Source: Escherichia coli
Lineage (GTDB): Bacteria; Pseudomonadota; Gammaproteobacteria; Enterobacterales; Enterobacteriaceae
NCBI RefSeq assembly: GCF_045037415.1
Contig: NZ_CP173438.1
Direction: 5' to 3' (one strand)
Length of the DNA: 64,000 nucleotides
A model generated the notes under the pieces. It searched no databases, had not been told where the DNA came from, and saw nothing but the letters and a program-made list of their open reading frames with translations. Made by a program: the position numbers and the translations under genes. Position 1 is the first letter of the stretch; every line of letters begins with the position of its first letter. Shown here piece by piece: positions 40,918 to 50,690 of the stretch.

Positions 40918-43431
40918 ATGCCAGTTGTACCAACAACATCGGGCCGTCAGGTTCAGAGCAGAGGGATTTCGACGCAGGGATTCTCATCGTTTCAGACGCC
41001 AAATGTCGGTGATGTACTTGGCGATGTTGCAGAGCAATATGCAGGTATTATTGCGCAGGCAAAACAGCGTGCGAATGTTGCTATGGCTCAGGATGCTTCT
41101 CTTAGCTTAAGCCAGATAAGCAGCGATCTGCTGAATAACCCTGAAACAGGTTTGCTTAACCTGAAAGGGAAAAATGCTATTGGAAAAGGTCAGGAGTATA
41201 CGCAGCAGTTTGATGCCCAGGTCGAGCAACTGGCTATGTCGCTGCCGGATGAACAGGCTCGTAATGCTTTCATGCAGCAGGCGCAGCAGCAGCGCATTCA
41301 GTTCACTACGCAGGCCGGGCGGCACGAGATAGGGCAAATAAATGCCTACGAAGAAGGCCAGTTTCAGGCGACGCTGCTGAACAATGGTAAAAATGCCGCA
41401 GCATTGTATGGCGACAACGCCGCATACGTATTGGCTAATAAGCAAACTTTCCAGCAAATTGAGGATTACGGCATTGCGCATGGCTGGAGCGACGAGCAAA
41501 TCCAGGCCAAGAAAATCGAGTTTAAAGAGAAGGTTGCTGATGCAGCATTGTCCCAGTGGTCGGCAAACAATGCGACCGCATTCATCCAAAGTAATGGCGA
41601 GTTAAGTGATACTGCTGCTGGAGCTAGCCGTGCTGTAGCAGATAGTGATTCTTCCGAGCGTGCCCGTGGCATACGCAACAATAACCCAGGAAATCTCGAA
41701 TACAGCAAAACCAATCCGTGGGTAGGCCAGACCGGTGATGATGGTCGATTTGCTAAATTCGAAACACCTGAACACGGGATTCGTGCATTAGGGCGGAACC
41801 TGATGTCGTATCAGAGGCAGGGTATTGATACCGTCAGCGAGATAATTAATCGCTGGGCACCGCCTACTGATAAAAATGACACTATGTCGTATATCAAAGC
41901 AGTGTGCGAACAACTTGGCGTTTCTGCTGATGAGCCTCTCGATGCATCTAATCCTGATACCCTGAAGGCGCTTTGTGCAGCCATTATCCATCATGAGAAC
42001 GGTAGCCAGCCATACAGTGATCAGCTGTTAAGTGCTGGTGTCAGTGCAGCACTTGGTTTATCAACAATTCCAACCAACACCAAACGCTATACCGGTAATG
42101 CAGCATTCGATGCGGCATCTCCTGAGGCGCAGGCAAGTTTTATGCGACAGGCGGATCAACTGCGTCGGCAGCAGCAGGCTGAATATAAAACGATGATTGA
42201 CAGCCAAGTTCGCGATGCGACAGCTGCGTATATGCGTGGCGTTGAATTTCCTAACCCACCTGGTGAGGCTGATTTTATTGCAGCTTATGGAGTCAGAGAA
42301 GGAAACCTGCGATATACCGAGTTCAGAAATACGCAAATCGCCGGACAGTATATAGGCTCTTTCCGCAACATGCCGACAAGCAGCATTACAGCATATGTTG
42401 AGCAATTACGCCCGGATACTGGTGAGACAGGGGAGGGTTATGCGGCACGAGCCGCTCTTTATGACAACGTTGTGTCGGCTGCAAGTCAGGTGATAAAGCA
42501 GCGACAGGCTGATCCTGTACAGTTCTCTCTTGCCGCCGGACAGGCAAAGCCTATCGACATGAGCAATAAGGATAACTTTGGACAGAGCGTTGCCTTGCGT
42601 GCTGCTCAGGTCAGTGACCTTGCTAAGTCATATGGCACTCCACTGACGTTCTTTTCCAAAGACGAGGCCAATCAGATCGGTGTTTTCTTTCGTAATGCGC
42701 CCGTTTCCCAACAGGCAGCATATCTCGATACCATCAGGCAGAGCACTGGTGGTGGGCAGGTGTATATGTCAGCACTACAGCAGATCAGTGCCAACGCTCC
42801 ATCTGCTGCCGTTGCCGGGATACTGATGGATAAGCCAGGTGGTATTTTGGCAGAAAAAAACTGGTTTAATCCGGATGTTTCCGTGTCTCCTGAAACCGCT
42901 GCGCAGACAATTCTTGCTGGCGCGGCGGCTCGTAAAGGTACTGATGACGCGAAAGGTATTCCGATGCCTAAAGATGCTGATCTTCGCCTTGAGTTTTCTG
43001 ACATGGTGAAGGATGCATTTGCTGGTGATGCTCAGGGGGCATCAATGGCATACGAGATCGCAAAGGACTATTACGCTGGTGTGATGGCGAAAAAAGGCGT
43101 GGTATCAGGCGAAATTGACAATGATATCTGGAAACAGGCTGTTAACGTAGCTACAGGTGGCGTGCATGACTATAACGGAATGGGGAATGTTCTTTTGCCT
43201 TGGGGAATGTCTGCAGAGCAATTCGATAAGCAGGTTAATCAGGTTTGGAATGAACAAGTTGTTGGCACAGGGATAAAAACACCGCCTGGTCAGTATGGTT
43301 TGCAAAGTTACGGCGATAGTCAGTACCTGGTGAAACTTGGTACTGGTTATCTGCTAAAAGATGATGGTTCTCCCGTTGTTCTTGATCTGACACAGAAGCG
43401 TCAGAGATTCTCCGGAGATATTCCGCAATGA
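40918..43431 (+). CDS. Large internal virion / ejection protein
   Basis: 837 aa; size and position. Confidence 0.5.
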   Translation: MPVVPTTSGRQVQSRGISTQGFSSFQTPNVGDVLGDVAEQYAGIIAQAKQRANVAMAQDASLSLSQISSDLLNNPETGLLNLKGKNAIGKGQEYTQQFDAQVEQLAMSLPDEQARNAFMQQAQQQRIQFTTQAGRHEIGQINAYEEGQFQATLLNNGKNAAALYGDNAAYVLANKQTFQQIEDYGIAHGWSDEQIQAKKIEFKEKVADAALSQWSANNATAFIQSNGELSDTAAGASRAVADSDSSERARGIRNNNPGNLEYSKTNPWVGQTGDDGRFAKFETPEHGIRALGRNLMSYQRQGIDTVSEIINRWAPPTDKNDTMSYIKAVCEQLGVSADEPLDASNPDTLKALCAAIIHHENGSQPYSDQLLSAGVSAALGLSTIPTNTKRYTGNAAFDAASPEAQASFMRQADQLRRQQQAEYKTMIDSQVRDATAAYMRGVEFPNPPGEADFIAAYGVREGNLRYTEFRNTQIAGQYIGSFRNMPTSSITAYVEQLRPDTGETGEGYAARAALYDNVVSAASQVIKQRQADPVQFSLAAGQAKPIDMSNKDNFGQSVALRAAQVSDLAKSYGTPLTFFSKDEANQIGVFFRNAPVSQQAAYLDTIRQSTGGGQVYMSALQQISANAPSAAVAGILMDKPGGILAEKNWFNPDVSVSPETAAQTILAGAAARKGTDDAKGIPMPKDADLRLEFSDMVKDAFAGDAQGASMAYEIAKDYYAGVMAKKGVVSGEIDNDIWKQAVNVATGGVHDYNGMGNVLLPWGMSAEQFDKQVNQVWNEQVVGTGIKTPPGQYGLQSYGDSQYLVKLGTGYLLKDDGSPVVLDLTQKRQRFSGDIPQ

Positions 43432-45230
43432 GTTACTTTGGCCTTAATCCAGTAAACCAGAATCAGCAGCTTGACGAAGCAGCATCAAATCCAGCTGGCT
43501 TTAACAGCGATGTTGGTTTTTTCGACAATGCTGTAGGAGCGGCATTGTCTGGTTTGTACTCCGGGCTGGTGGCAAAGCCAGATCAGTTGCTCTGGGCAGG
43601 GATGGATAAAATCGTATCCCCGATTGCTCAGTTTGTTAACGAAAACACCTCGCTCAATGACACTTCAGTTTCATACATTGCCGAGCAGAGAAAACTAGCA
43701 GAGCAGCAGGTTAAGCGGCTGACGCCTGATGCCGCGACAACCGGAACCGCCGGGCAGGTTCTTTATGGGTTGTTCGATATGGGCGGGCAGGCTGTTGTCG
43801 GTACAACGCTCGGTGGTCCTGTCGGAGGTGCAGCGGCGGTAACTTCGCTACAGGGTTTTTCTGAGTTTGAACGGCTGACAGCACAGGGTGTTGATTTCAG
43901 GACAGCGCAGGAAGCGGGATTAGTGCAGGGCATTACTGCTGGGGCCGGGACATTGATCCCTATGAGCCTCGGGTTACGTGCTGGTGGTGCGCTGGCGGAA
44001 GGTGTGGCGGCTCAGCTCGCGCGGACGGGTGAGAGTTCAGTGCGACGCGCCGCAGCAACAGCAGTACGTGCAACGCCAGATATTGCCTATGCCGCAGGTA
44101 CAAATATTGCGTTCGGTATGGCACAGCGTGGGCTTACTGCAAAAACGCTTCGTGATGGTGGCTATAGCGAAATGGCTAACCAGTATGATGTGTTGGATCG
44201 ACAGGCAATTGCTATTGATGCTGTTCTTGGGGTGGCGTTTGGTGGTGTCGGCAGATTTATTAACTCTCGCGGCGAGTCTACAAGCGCACCAAATTTTTCA
44301 CAAGTTGATGTTGATGCTGCACTGGCGGCGAATGCCGCTCATCATGCTGAAATTGATATTGCGCCCGGCGTGCCGATCAACGTGCTTTCGCGCAATTCTC
44401 ACATTCAGGCTCTGCGAAAAGCTATGTCTGATGTTAGCCAAGGGAGACCTGTAGACGTTGCCAGCATTGTTGAGTCTGCATCTTTCAGTGAAATTCCTGG
44501 GCGCAAGAGTCTGCTGTCTCAGGCAGTTAATGAGGCTCTGTCATCTGTAGATGATGGAGTAACGGCGCGCTCTATAGAAAATCGGTTGCTTGAAGAACAG
44601 GCCGCGCAGCTTTTGCCGCGTGGAGATAGACAGGTTTACCAGTCTGAAATCGCTAATAGCCAACGAATTATTGAAAATCTCACTGAACAGCGTGCACAAA
44701 TTCTTGCAGAAGATCCAACCGGTAGCGGTAAAGCTTTGTCTCGTGCTCGATCAGATAAACAGGCCAGACTTCGCGATATTGATCAACGAATCCGGCAGGC
44801 ACAAGAACGCCTGGAATTTTCCCGTAACGCGTTGGCACCGCACGAGCCTGGCGGTCAGTTTTTTGAAGCTCGAGCAGAACTGGCTCGGAGACAGCAGGCA
44901 GAAAGTGAACTTAATGCTCAGGCTGTTTCATTCTATAAAACAGCAGAGGTCAGGACGCCAGACGAAGTAGCTCCTTTTGAGCCTGATAAAATATTGCAAC
45001 AGGCAGAACAAAAAATGATGGCGGATCAGGCGGGAGATATTGATCTGCGCATAGCTGAAGACTCGCTGCTTGAATCACCTGACATGATAATCACCGTGCT
45101 GGATGATGATGGTAATCCACAATCGCGCAGCGCGCGTGAAGTACTGGATGAAGCGAACAGGGAAAGTGAGCAGGCAATACAGGATTCAAGCCTGTTTGAT
45201 GTAGCTGTGGCGTGTTTCTTGAGAGGTTAA
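43428..45230 (+). CDS. Internal virion / ejection protein
   Basis: 600 aa, Gly/Ala-rich N-terminus, coiled-coil C-terminus. Confidence 0.45.
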   Translation: MSYFGLNPVNQNQQLDEAASNPAGFNSDVGFFDNAVGAALSGLYSGLVAKPDQLLWAGMDKIVSPIAQFVNENTSLNDTSVSYIAEQRKLAEQQVKRLTPDAATTGTAGQVLYGLFDMGGQAVVGTTLGGPVGGAAAVTSLQGFSEFERLTAQGVDFRTAQEAGLVQGITAGAGTLIPMSLGLRAGGALAEGVAAQLARTGESSVRRAAATAVRATPDIAYAAGTNIAFGMAQRGLTAKTLRDGGYSEMANQYDVLDRQAIAIDAVLGVAFGGVGRFINSRGESTSAPNFSQVDVDAALAANAAHHAEIDIAPGVPINVLSRNSHIQALRKAMSDVSQGRPVDVASIVESASFSEIPGRKSLLSQAVNEALSSVDDGVTARSIENRLLEEQAAQLLPRGDRQVYQSEIANSQRIIENLTEQRAQILAEDPTGSGKALSRARSDKQARLRDIDQRIRQAQERLEFSRNALAPHEPGGQFFEARAELARRQQAESELNAQAVSFYKTAEVRTPDEVAPFEPDKILQQAEQKMMADQAGDIDLRIAEDSLLESPDMIITVLDDDGNPQSRSAREVLDEANRESEQAIQDSSLFDVAVACFLRG

Positions 45231-45235
45231 ATTAA

Positions 45236-47710
45236 ATGAGACAGGAATGTATACAAGCGGTCCAGCAGGCGGCGCAGCGCACGTTAACGGCGCGAGAAAT
45301 ACAGAACATTGAAGACCGCATTTATCGAAATATGCGCTCCATTGCTCGTGATGACCCGATGTCGTGGAGACAACTTTCCGAATCAGAGCGGCTATATCGT
45401 GCAGCACAATTGGCATCTGAAGAATTACAGCGAGAAGCGGCATTAAAGAAACGTCGTGTGGCCCTCACTATAGCCGCACGTCAGAGATTGGATAAATTTA
45501 TCAATAGCTATCAAGGGGCTGATGGGAAACTTGGCGCTCTTAACCGTACTATTGCTTTTAATGCAGACGGTAAATCGAATTTCCTCTCTGTTGAGTCCAG
45601 AACAAAAGCCACTCGTGATTATGCATTGAGTCAATTGCAAGAGGCATTTGAAGCAGTTGATCCTCGCTTTTTTGGCCTGTTTGAAGATGAAGCTGGCGTG
45701 CGTGACCTGGTATATGAAATGCGAGGGCAAAATACTGGCAATGCTAAAGCAAGAAAAGGTGCTAAGGCGTGGAGAGAAGTTACAGAGCTGCTGCGCCGCC
45801 GGTTTAATGATGCTGGTGGGGACATTGGCTATCTCGAAAACTGGGGGATCCCTCAACATCATTCTATGGAAAAGGTTGGGGCGGTATCAAAGGATAAGTG
45901 GGTTGGCGATGTTATAGGTAAGCTGGATCGCAAATATTATACCCGAGCCGATGGACAACTGATGAACGATGCCGAGTTGTCTGCATTTCTTGGAGAGGCT
46001 TATAACACGATAGCTACTGGTGGGCTGAATAAGCTTACTGATACCGGAATGCGAATTTCCGGCGCACGTGCTAACCGTGGTAATGCATCACGACAGATAC
46101 ATTTCAAAAATGCAGATTCCTATCTCCAATATCAACAACTTTATGGTGATCGCTCTCTATGGGAAATCATGGTCGGTCACCTGGAAGGTATCAGTAAAGA
46201 TATTGCTCTGGTGGAAACATATGGTCCAAACCCCGATCATGTTTTCCGCTCCCTTCTTGATCAGGTGAAGGCAGAAACGGCAACAGCTAACCCGAGTAAA
46301 ACCGGTAAAGTCGAGCGGCTGGCGAACAACACAGAGAATCTGTACAACTTTATTTCCGGAAAGACACAGCCTGTAGCGAATCCGCACATCGCGCGATGGT
46401 CTGACAATATCCGCAACTGGCTGGTTGCCAGCAGACTCGGATCCGCGTTGCTGTCATCGTTCTCTGATCTTGGAACCATGTATCTGTCTGCGAAGGTTAC
46501 CAACCTTCCAATGAACCAGTTATTCCGCAACCAGCTTGAAGCTATGGACCCAACGAACCGTACAGAACTTGCGCGGGCGCGCCGCGCTGGTCTGGCGATG
46601 GAATCTCTACTTGGCAGCGTTAACCGCTGGGCGATGGATAATATGGGGCCGTCTGTGTCTCGTTGGGCTGCAACGGCGGTAATGCGTGCCAGTGGGCTTA
46701 CAGCATGGTCAGATGCGCACAAGCGCGCCTATGGCGTAACCATGATGGGAAGCCTGGGAGAAGTAGTGTCACGGACACCAGACCTTCGTAGCCTCGATGA
46801 TTCTGATTTTCGTATCCTGAAAAGCAAAGGGATTACTGACACAGACTGGAGCGTATGGAAGCTGGCGCAACAGGAGGACTGGGGGAACGGCAATAATACG
46901 ATGCTGACACCGGAAAGCATTATGCGTATCCCTGATTCAGCAGTTAAACATCTTGGTGAGCCTGAACGCGTGAAATTTGAGGCAATGCGTAAACTGCTCG
47001 GTGCCGTAACTGAAGAAGTTGATATGGCTGTTATTACACCGGGAGCACGTGAGCAACTGATAACCGGTTCTGGTATTCAGCGTGGAACATGGAAAGGTGA
47101 ATTAACGAGAAGTGTTTTCCTGTTTAAATCGTTCCCTATCTCGGTGGTTATGCGTCACTGGTCACGCGCTATGGGTATGCCGTCTGCTGGTGGGCGTGCG
47201 GCATATATTGCGACGTTTATTGCCAGTACGACCATTCTTGGCGCTTTGTCGCAGCAACTTAACGACCTTGCGTCTGGTCGTAATCCTCGCGAGATGACAG
47301 GAGAAGATGCTGCTAAATTTTGGCTTGGTGCTCTACTGAAAGGTGGTGGTCTTGGCCTTTACGGTGACTTTTTATTGTCAGATCACACTAGGTACGGAAG
47401 CGGCGCGCTGGCGTCGATGCTTGGCCCGGTAGCTGGTCTGGTTGATGACGTAGTGAAGATTGCTCAGGGCATACCGTTAAATGCTGTGGAAGGGAAGAGT
47501 GAGCAGACTGGTGGTGATCTGGTGAAGCTGGGGAAAGGTTTGATGCCTGGTGCGAATCTCTGGTACTTGAAGGCGGCTCTCGATCACATGATCTTTAACC
47601 AGATGCAGGAGTATTTTTCACCAGGCTATTTGCGTAAAATGGAGCAACGTTCGAAGAAAGAGTTTAACCAGACATACTGGTGGCGACCACAGGATGTCAC
47701 TCCGCAATAA
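45236..47710 (+). CDS. Large internal virion / ejection protein
   Basis: 824 aa last gene of the tail/core operon. Confidence 0.45.
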   Translation: MRQECIQAVQQAAQRTLTAREIQNIEDRIYRNMRSIARDDPMSWRQLSESERLYRAAQLASEELQREAALKKRRVALTIAARQRLDKFINSYQGADGKLGALNRTIAFNADGKSNFLSVESRTKATRDYALSQLQEAFEAVDPRFFGLFEDEAGVRDLVYEMRGQNTGNAKARKGAKAWREVTELLRRRFNDAGGDIGYLENWGIPQHHSMEKVGAVSKDKWVGDVIGKLDRKYYTRADGQLMNDAELSAFLGEAYNTIATGGLNKLTDTGMRISGARANRGNASRQIHFKNADSYLQYQQLYGDRSLWEIMVGHLEGISKDIALVETYGPNPDHVFRSLLDQVKAETATANPSKTGKVERLANNTENLYNFISGKTQPVANPHIARWSDNIRNWLVASRLGSALLSSFSDLGTMYLSAKVTNLPMNQLFRNQLEAMDPTNRTELARARRAGLAMESLLGSVNRWAMDNMGPSVSRWAATAVMRASGLTAWSDAHKRAYGVTMMGSLGEVVSRTPDLRSLDDSDFRILKSKGITDTDWSVWKLAQQEDWGNGNNTMLTPESIMRIPDSAVKHLGEPERVKFEAMRKLLGAVTEEVDMAVITPGAREQLITGSGIQRGTWKGELTRSVFLFKSFPISVVMRHWSRAMGMPSAGGRAAYIATFIASTTILGALSQQLNDLASGRNPREMTGEDAAKFWLGALLKGGGLGLYGDFLLSDHTRYGSGALASMLGPVAGLVDDVVKIAQGIPLNAVEGKSEQTGGDLVKLGKGLMPGANLWYLKAALDHMIFNQMQEYFSPGYLRKMEQRSKKEFNQTYWWRPQDVTPQ

Positions 47711-47721
47711 AAGGAGATATG

Positions 47722-47844
47722 ATGGTTCAAATAACTTTTATTGTACTAATATGTGCAGCGTTTTTATGCTATTCATACATTTTGATAAAAATGGGTTTCA
47801 ATTGGAATCTCTGTTGCGTGCAGCGGCATGGTTCGGCTTTGTAG
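47722..47844 (+). CDS. Small hydrophobic peptide (40 aa), uncertain
   Basis: SD aaggag 6 nt upstream of ATG 47722; MVQITFIVLICAAFLCYSYILIKMGFNWNLCCVQRHGSAL. The ORF-track alternative 47694-47882 is in another frame. Confidence 0.3.
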   Translation: MVQITFIVLICAAFLCYSYILIKMGFNWNLCCVQRHGSAL

Positions 47845-47929
47845 TATTAGGAATTGTATTGTTCGGAAGAATAATAAAATAACTAGTTAATTTGTGGATT
47901 GGTGCTGTTTTTCCATGATAGGGGTAATT

Positions 47930-48310
47930 ATGAGAAAAGTATTTTTGATTTTTGGATTTATGCTTCTCGTTGGATGCCAGTCAGCTGCACAGTTTGAAAG
48001 AAATATGCTTACGTGGCGCGGGCAGAGTATAGACGCAATGGTTCAGCAGTGGGGGTATCCTCAGGGAGAGCTTACATCTCCAGATGGAAACAGAGTGTAT
48101 GTTTACTCAAGCTCTGGTAGTTATAACGTACCACAAACCACAACGTATAATACTACGTCTAATCTAATTGGTAATACTATATATTCAAACACATACGCAA
48201 CAACTGATGGCGGTTATACACTCCATTTCAGTTGCTCTGTTTACGTTGAGTTTGGTGCTGATAAGATTATTAAAAATGTTACATGGCGCGGTAATAATTG
48301 CGTTGCGTGA
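47930..48310 (+). CDS. Lipoprotein (accessory gene)
   Basis: SD aggggtaa; lipoprotein signal peptide MRKVFLIFGFMLLVGC with lipobox LVGC; Ser/Thr/Tyr/Asn-rich mature part. Confidence 0.6.
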   Translation: MRKVFLIFGFMLLVGCQSAAQFERNMLTWRGQSIDAMVQQWGYPQGELTSPDGNRVYVYSSSGSYNVPQTTTYNTTSNLIGNTIYSNTYATTDGGYTLHFSCSVYVEFGADKIIKNVTWRGNNCVA

Positions 48311-48341
48311 CATGTCACAGGCCGCTTTCGCGGCCTTGTTT

Positions 48342-48503
48342 TTAACGAATGCCACCGCCACCCGGGCGGGAATCCGCAGAACGCCCACCGCAGCGGGAGC
48401 CGTCAGCAGCAGTGTCGCTGTCGTGCTGACAACGACCGGCAAAGGCCTGAGTTGAAGCTACCAGAGACAACAAAACGAACAGTGCAGCAAATGCTTTTTT
48501 CAT
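48342..48503 (-). CDS. Small secreted peptide candidate (53 aa), low confidence
   Basis: MKKAFAALFVLLSLVASTQAFA signal-peptide-like start followed by a Gly/Arg/Asp-rich tail; lies in a short GC-rich segment. Confidence 0.25.
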   Translation of the reverse strand: MKKAFAALFVLLSLVASTQAFAGRCQHDSDTAADGSRCGGRSADSRPGGGGIR

Positions 48504-48574
48504 TGTGAAATTTCCATCTATAAGCCACCTCAATGTGGCGTCAATGAGTGTAGCACTGACTTTTGTTTCGTCCA

Positions 48575-48597
48575 CAAAAAAGCCCGCGCTGCGGGCT
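48575..48597 (-). terminator. Rho-independent terminator after the 210-aa unknown gene
   Basis: On minus strand agcccgc-agc-gcgggct followed by TTTTTT. Confidence 0.6.
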
Positions 48598-48601
48598 TCT
48601 A

Positions 48602-49234
48602 TTAATGCAGTTTATCTTTGCTTATAACCAGTAGTCTGTGGGTATGCACATCTTTATCACTGCCCCAACAGAAATCAGCCCACTGGCTATAGAAATCATC
48701 CCATGATGTCATGAAGCTAAGAGGTCTATCTTCTTCAGAGCCATCTGAAACGTATACATTATATCCTGGGGTGTTTATAGCCCAAGAAATCATTCTTTCC
48801 CAGAATCTTCTCCCATCGATTGTTTGTTGCTCATCAGATACAACGATCGCATATTGCTCTAGGAAGAACTGAAAAAAAATCTGAGGCAAACCATGAACAG
48901 CACGGTCATGAATAACATTAGGCGTACGCCATACCATGATCTGCGTACATGTTCTTTTGGCTTCGACGATATCTTCCCGAAAGATTAACTTAACCGCATA
49001 CACCGTTTCTGGAGTATCGCTGGTAGTAATCATTCTGTAATGATCGCCATTACAAGATTTTACAAGGCGATAACCATAAGGTGTTGTGAATCCCGGAAGA
49101 ACGAAATCAACCACACCTTTCGCTAAGTAGCTTTCGGTGTGACTAGTGTTCTTCTCAGACATGTTCAGTTTTCTATCGAAATCTGCTTCTGGGATAATGT
49201 ATGGCATCGCTTTTCTTGTTGTATTTGTTCTCAT
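48602..49234 (-). CDS. Hypothetical protein (210 aa) of unknown function in the accessory locus
   Basis: SD gggagga before ATG; own promoter region with palindromic motif and own terminator; no recognisable family. Confidence 0.5.
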   Translation of the reverse strand: MRTNTTRKAMPYIIPEADFDRKLNMSEKNTSHTESYLAKGVVDFVLPGFTTPYGYRLVKSCNGDHYRMITTSDTPETVYAVKLIFREDIVEAKRTCTQIMVWRTPNVIHDRAVHGLPQIFFQFFLEQYAIVVSDEQQTIDGRRFWERMISWAINTPGYNVYVSDGSEEDRPLSFMTSWDDFYSQWADFCWGSDKDVHTHRLLVISKDKLH

Positions 49235-49293
49235 TTCGTCCTCCCATGTTTGGCTACAGGACGCGTTTTGAAGGGAAGATTAAAAATGCTTTC

Positions 49294-49308
49294 TTACCCT
49301 TGAGGTAA
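49294..49308. promoter_or_regulatory. Palindromic operator-like motif TTACC-CTTGA-GGTAA
   Basis: Perfect copy 60 bp upstream of the 210-aa gene start. Confidence 0.55.
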
Positions 49309-49380
49309 TAGTACGCTATTCACCCCCAGTCTGCAATCTGTACAGAATTATTTAAAGGCACATCCCTGTGCCGCCGCCCG

Positions 49381-50037
49381 TCAGAAGAACCCTGCCTTGT
49401 CGTTGATGTACTCCGCGTGCGTCTGGATATCACGCAGGCATTTGCTCACACCAACGATGTAGCAGAACATGGTGGTCAGCTCCGCCGCCGCGCCCGATAC
49501 GTCGTGCCCGTCGTCCTGTAACTGGTTCAGCAGATTCATCAGCAGTGAGTTCTCCGTCAGGCCGAGAACACCAGACGGCGAGTGAATCAGGCTGCGGTAG
49601 CCGGGCTTCAGTGGGGCACTGTATTCTTTTTTGTCTTCCAGCTTGATCGCCTCCATAATGGCGGGCATGAAGCCTGACAAGACCTTCTCCACTTTTGTTT
49701 CTTGTTGTCTTAAACGTTTCTCGCATTCAATGAAGTAGCGTCGCACCTGGCGACCTTTTTCGTTACGCTCGACCATCGCCAGCTCTTTGGCTGTATCAAG
49801 GGTGAGGTGGTACTCTTTGCGGTTGTGGCCGCCTCTACCAGATGTTTGCTTTCCCAAATTGGAAAGCAAAATATAGTCTTGATTTTCAATGAATTCGTAT
49901 TCTGATATGCGATTTGTAATCCATGCTGCAAACACCTTTTTAACACCTAAAAAAGCGTGCAGATCGCGGGCATTACAAAGTAGGGCTGTTTCGTTAGATA
50001 TAGTGCCGTTGAATACGGGGATGAGTTGAGCGTTCAT
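49381..50037 (-). CDS. Antirepressor (AntA-like N-terminal domain plus KilAC-like C-terminal domain)
   Basis: N-terminus ..[36 protein letters not shown].. matches the AntA/AntB pattern as recalled; C-terminal about 80 aa homologous to the downstream 85-aa protein. Confidence 0.65.
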   Translation of the reverse strand: MNAQLIPVFNGTISNETALLCNARDLHAFLGVKKVFAAWITNRISEYEFIENQDYILLSNLGKQTSGRGGHNRKEYHLTLDTAKELAMVERNEKGRQVRRYFIECEKRLRQQETKVEKVLSGFMPAIMEAIKLEDKKEYSAPLKPGYRSLIHSPSGVLGLTENSLLMNLLNQLQDDGHDVSGAAAELTTMFCYIVGVSKCLRDIQTHAEYINDKAGFF

Positions 50038-50310
50038 GATGGCGTCTCCACTTAGCGAATTACATCACCACCGCTGAGAACCAATCAGATGGTGGTGAAC
50101 TGAACGGAGTTGGTCTTACCGGCCTAAGTGGTACCGGCGTCCTTTCGGACCCCCATTCAGCCCACCATAATTCTGGCATGACTGTGCTATACGCATAAAA
50201 AAACCACGTCTGGCGTGGTATGCGCCACTTAGTAATCCGGGAGAACCAATCCCGGCACTGGATTTTGCCAGTGCCCGATTACTATGGCACAAGAGGAGTG
50301 CGATGTAAAT

Positions 50311-50325
50311 TTACCGCAAAGGTAA
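50311..50325. promoter_or_regulatory. Palindromic operator-like motif TTACC-GCAAA-GGTAA nested inside a larger palindrome
   Basis: Perfect copy flanked by ggagtgc (50294-50300) and gcactcc (50332-50338). Confidence 0.55.
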
Positions 50326-50356
50326 ATATAAGCACTCCATTTGGTAATTTCAAACC

Positions 50357-50614
50357 TTATCTGGTTTGTTTTCGTAATTGTTCGGCACAATAGTCGAGAT
50401 GTGTTTGCAGATCCTGCATAGACATCTGTGAGCTGGTGACGTAGTTAATCAGTGCAGTCAGTTCGGCAAGTGGGCCATCGACATTAAATCCATCCTTATC
50501 GAGATCCCGGAGTAATTTCATCAAGTGCGATCCCTCCACCAGTGACCTGACGCCTCCCGGCGTGTGAATCCTTTCGGTAAATCCGTCTTCCAGTGGATAG
50601 TGATACTGCTGCAT
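50357..50614 (-). CDS. Small antirepressor-like protein (KilAC-like domain only, 85 aa)
   Basis: MQQYHYPLEDGF..; about 45 percent identical to the C-terminal domain of the 218-aa antirepressor (shared ..IH(S/T)P.GV..L.E.S.LM.LL..L..DG..V.G..AELT..Y..DxQTH..Y); LexA box 22 bp upstream. Confidence 0.6.
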   Translation of the reverse strand: MQQYHYPLEDGFTERIHTPGGVRSLVEGSHLMKLLRDLDKDGFNVDGPLAELTALINYVTSSQMSMQDLQTHLDYCAEQLRKQTR

Positions 50615-50635
50615 CTTATCTTCTCCATGCAATAA

Positions 50636-50651
50636 CTGTATATTTATACAG
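50636..50651. promoter_or_regulatory. LexA (SOS) box CTGT-N8-ACAG
   Basis: aaCTGTATATTTATACAGta, near-perfect match to the E. coli LexA consensus; overlaps a TATAAA -10-like element of the minus-strand promoter. Confidence 0.75.
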
Positions 50652-50690
50652 TAGCAAATAATTTGTTTGCTATCCAGCACGTTTTGCAAA

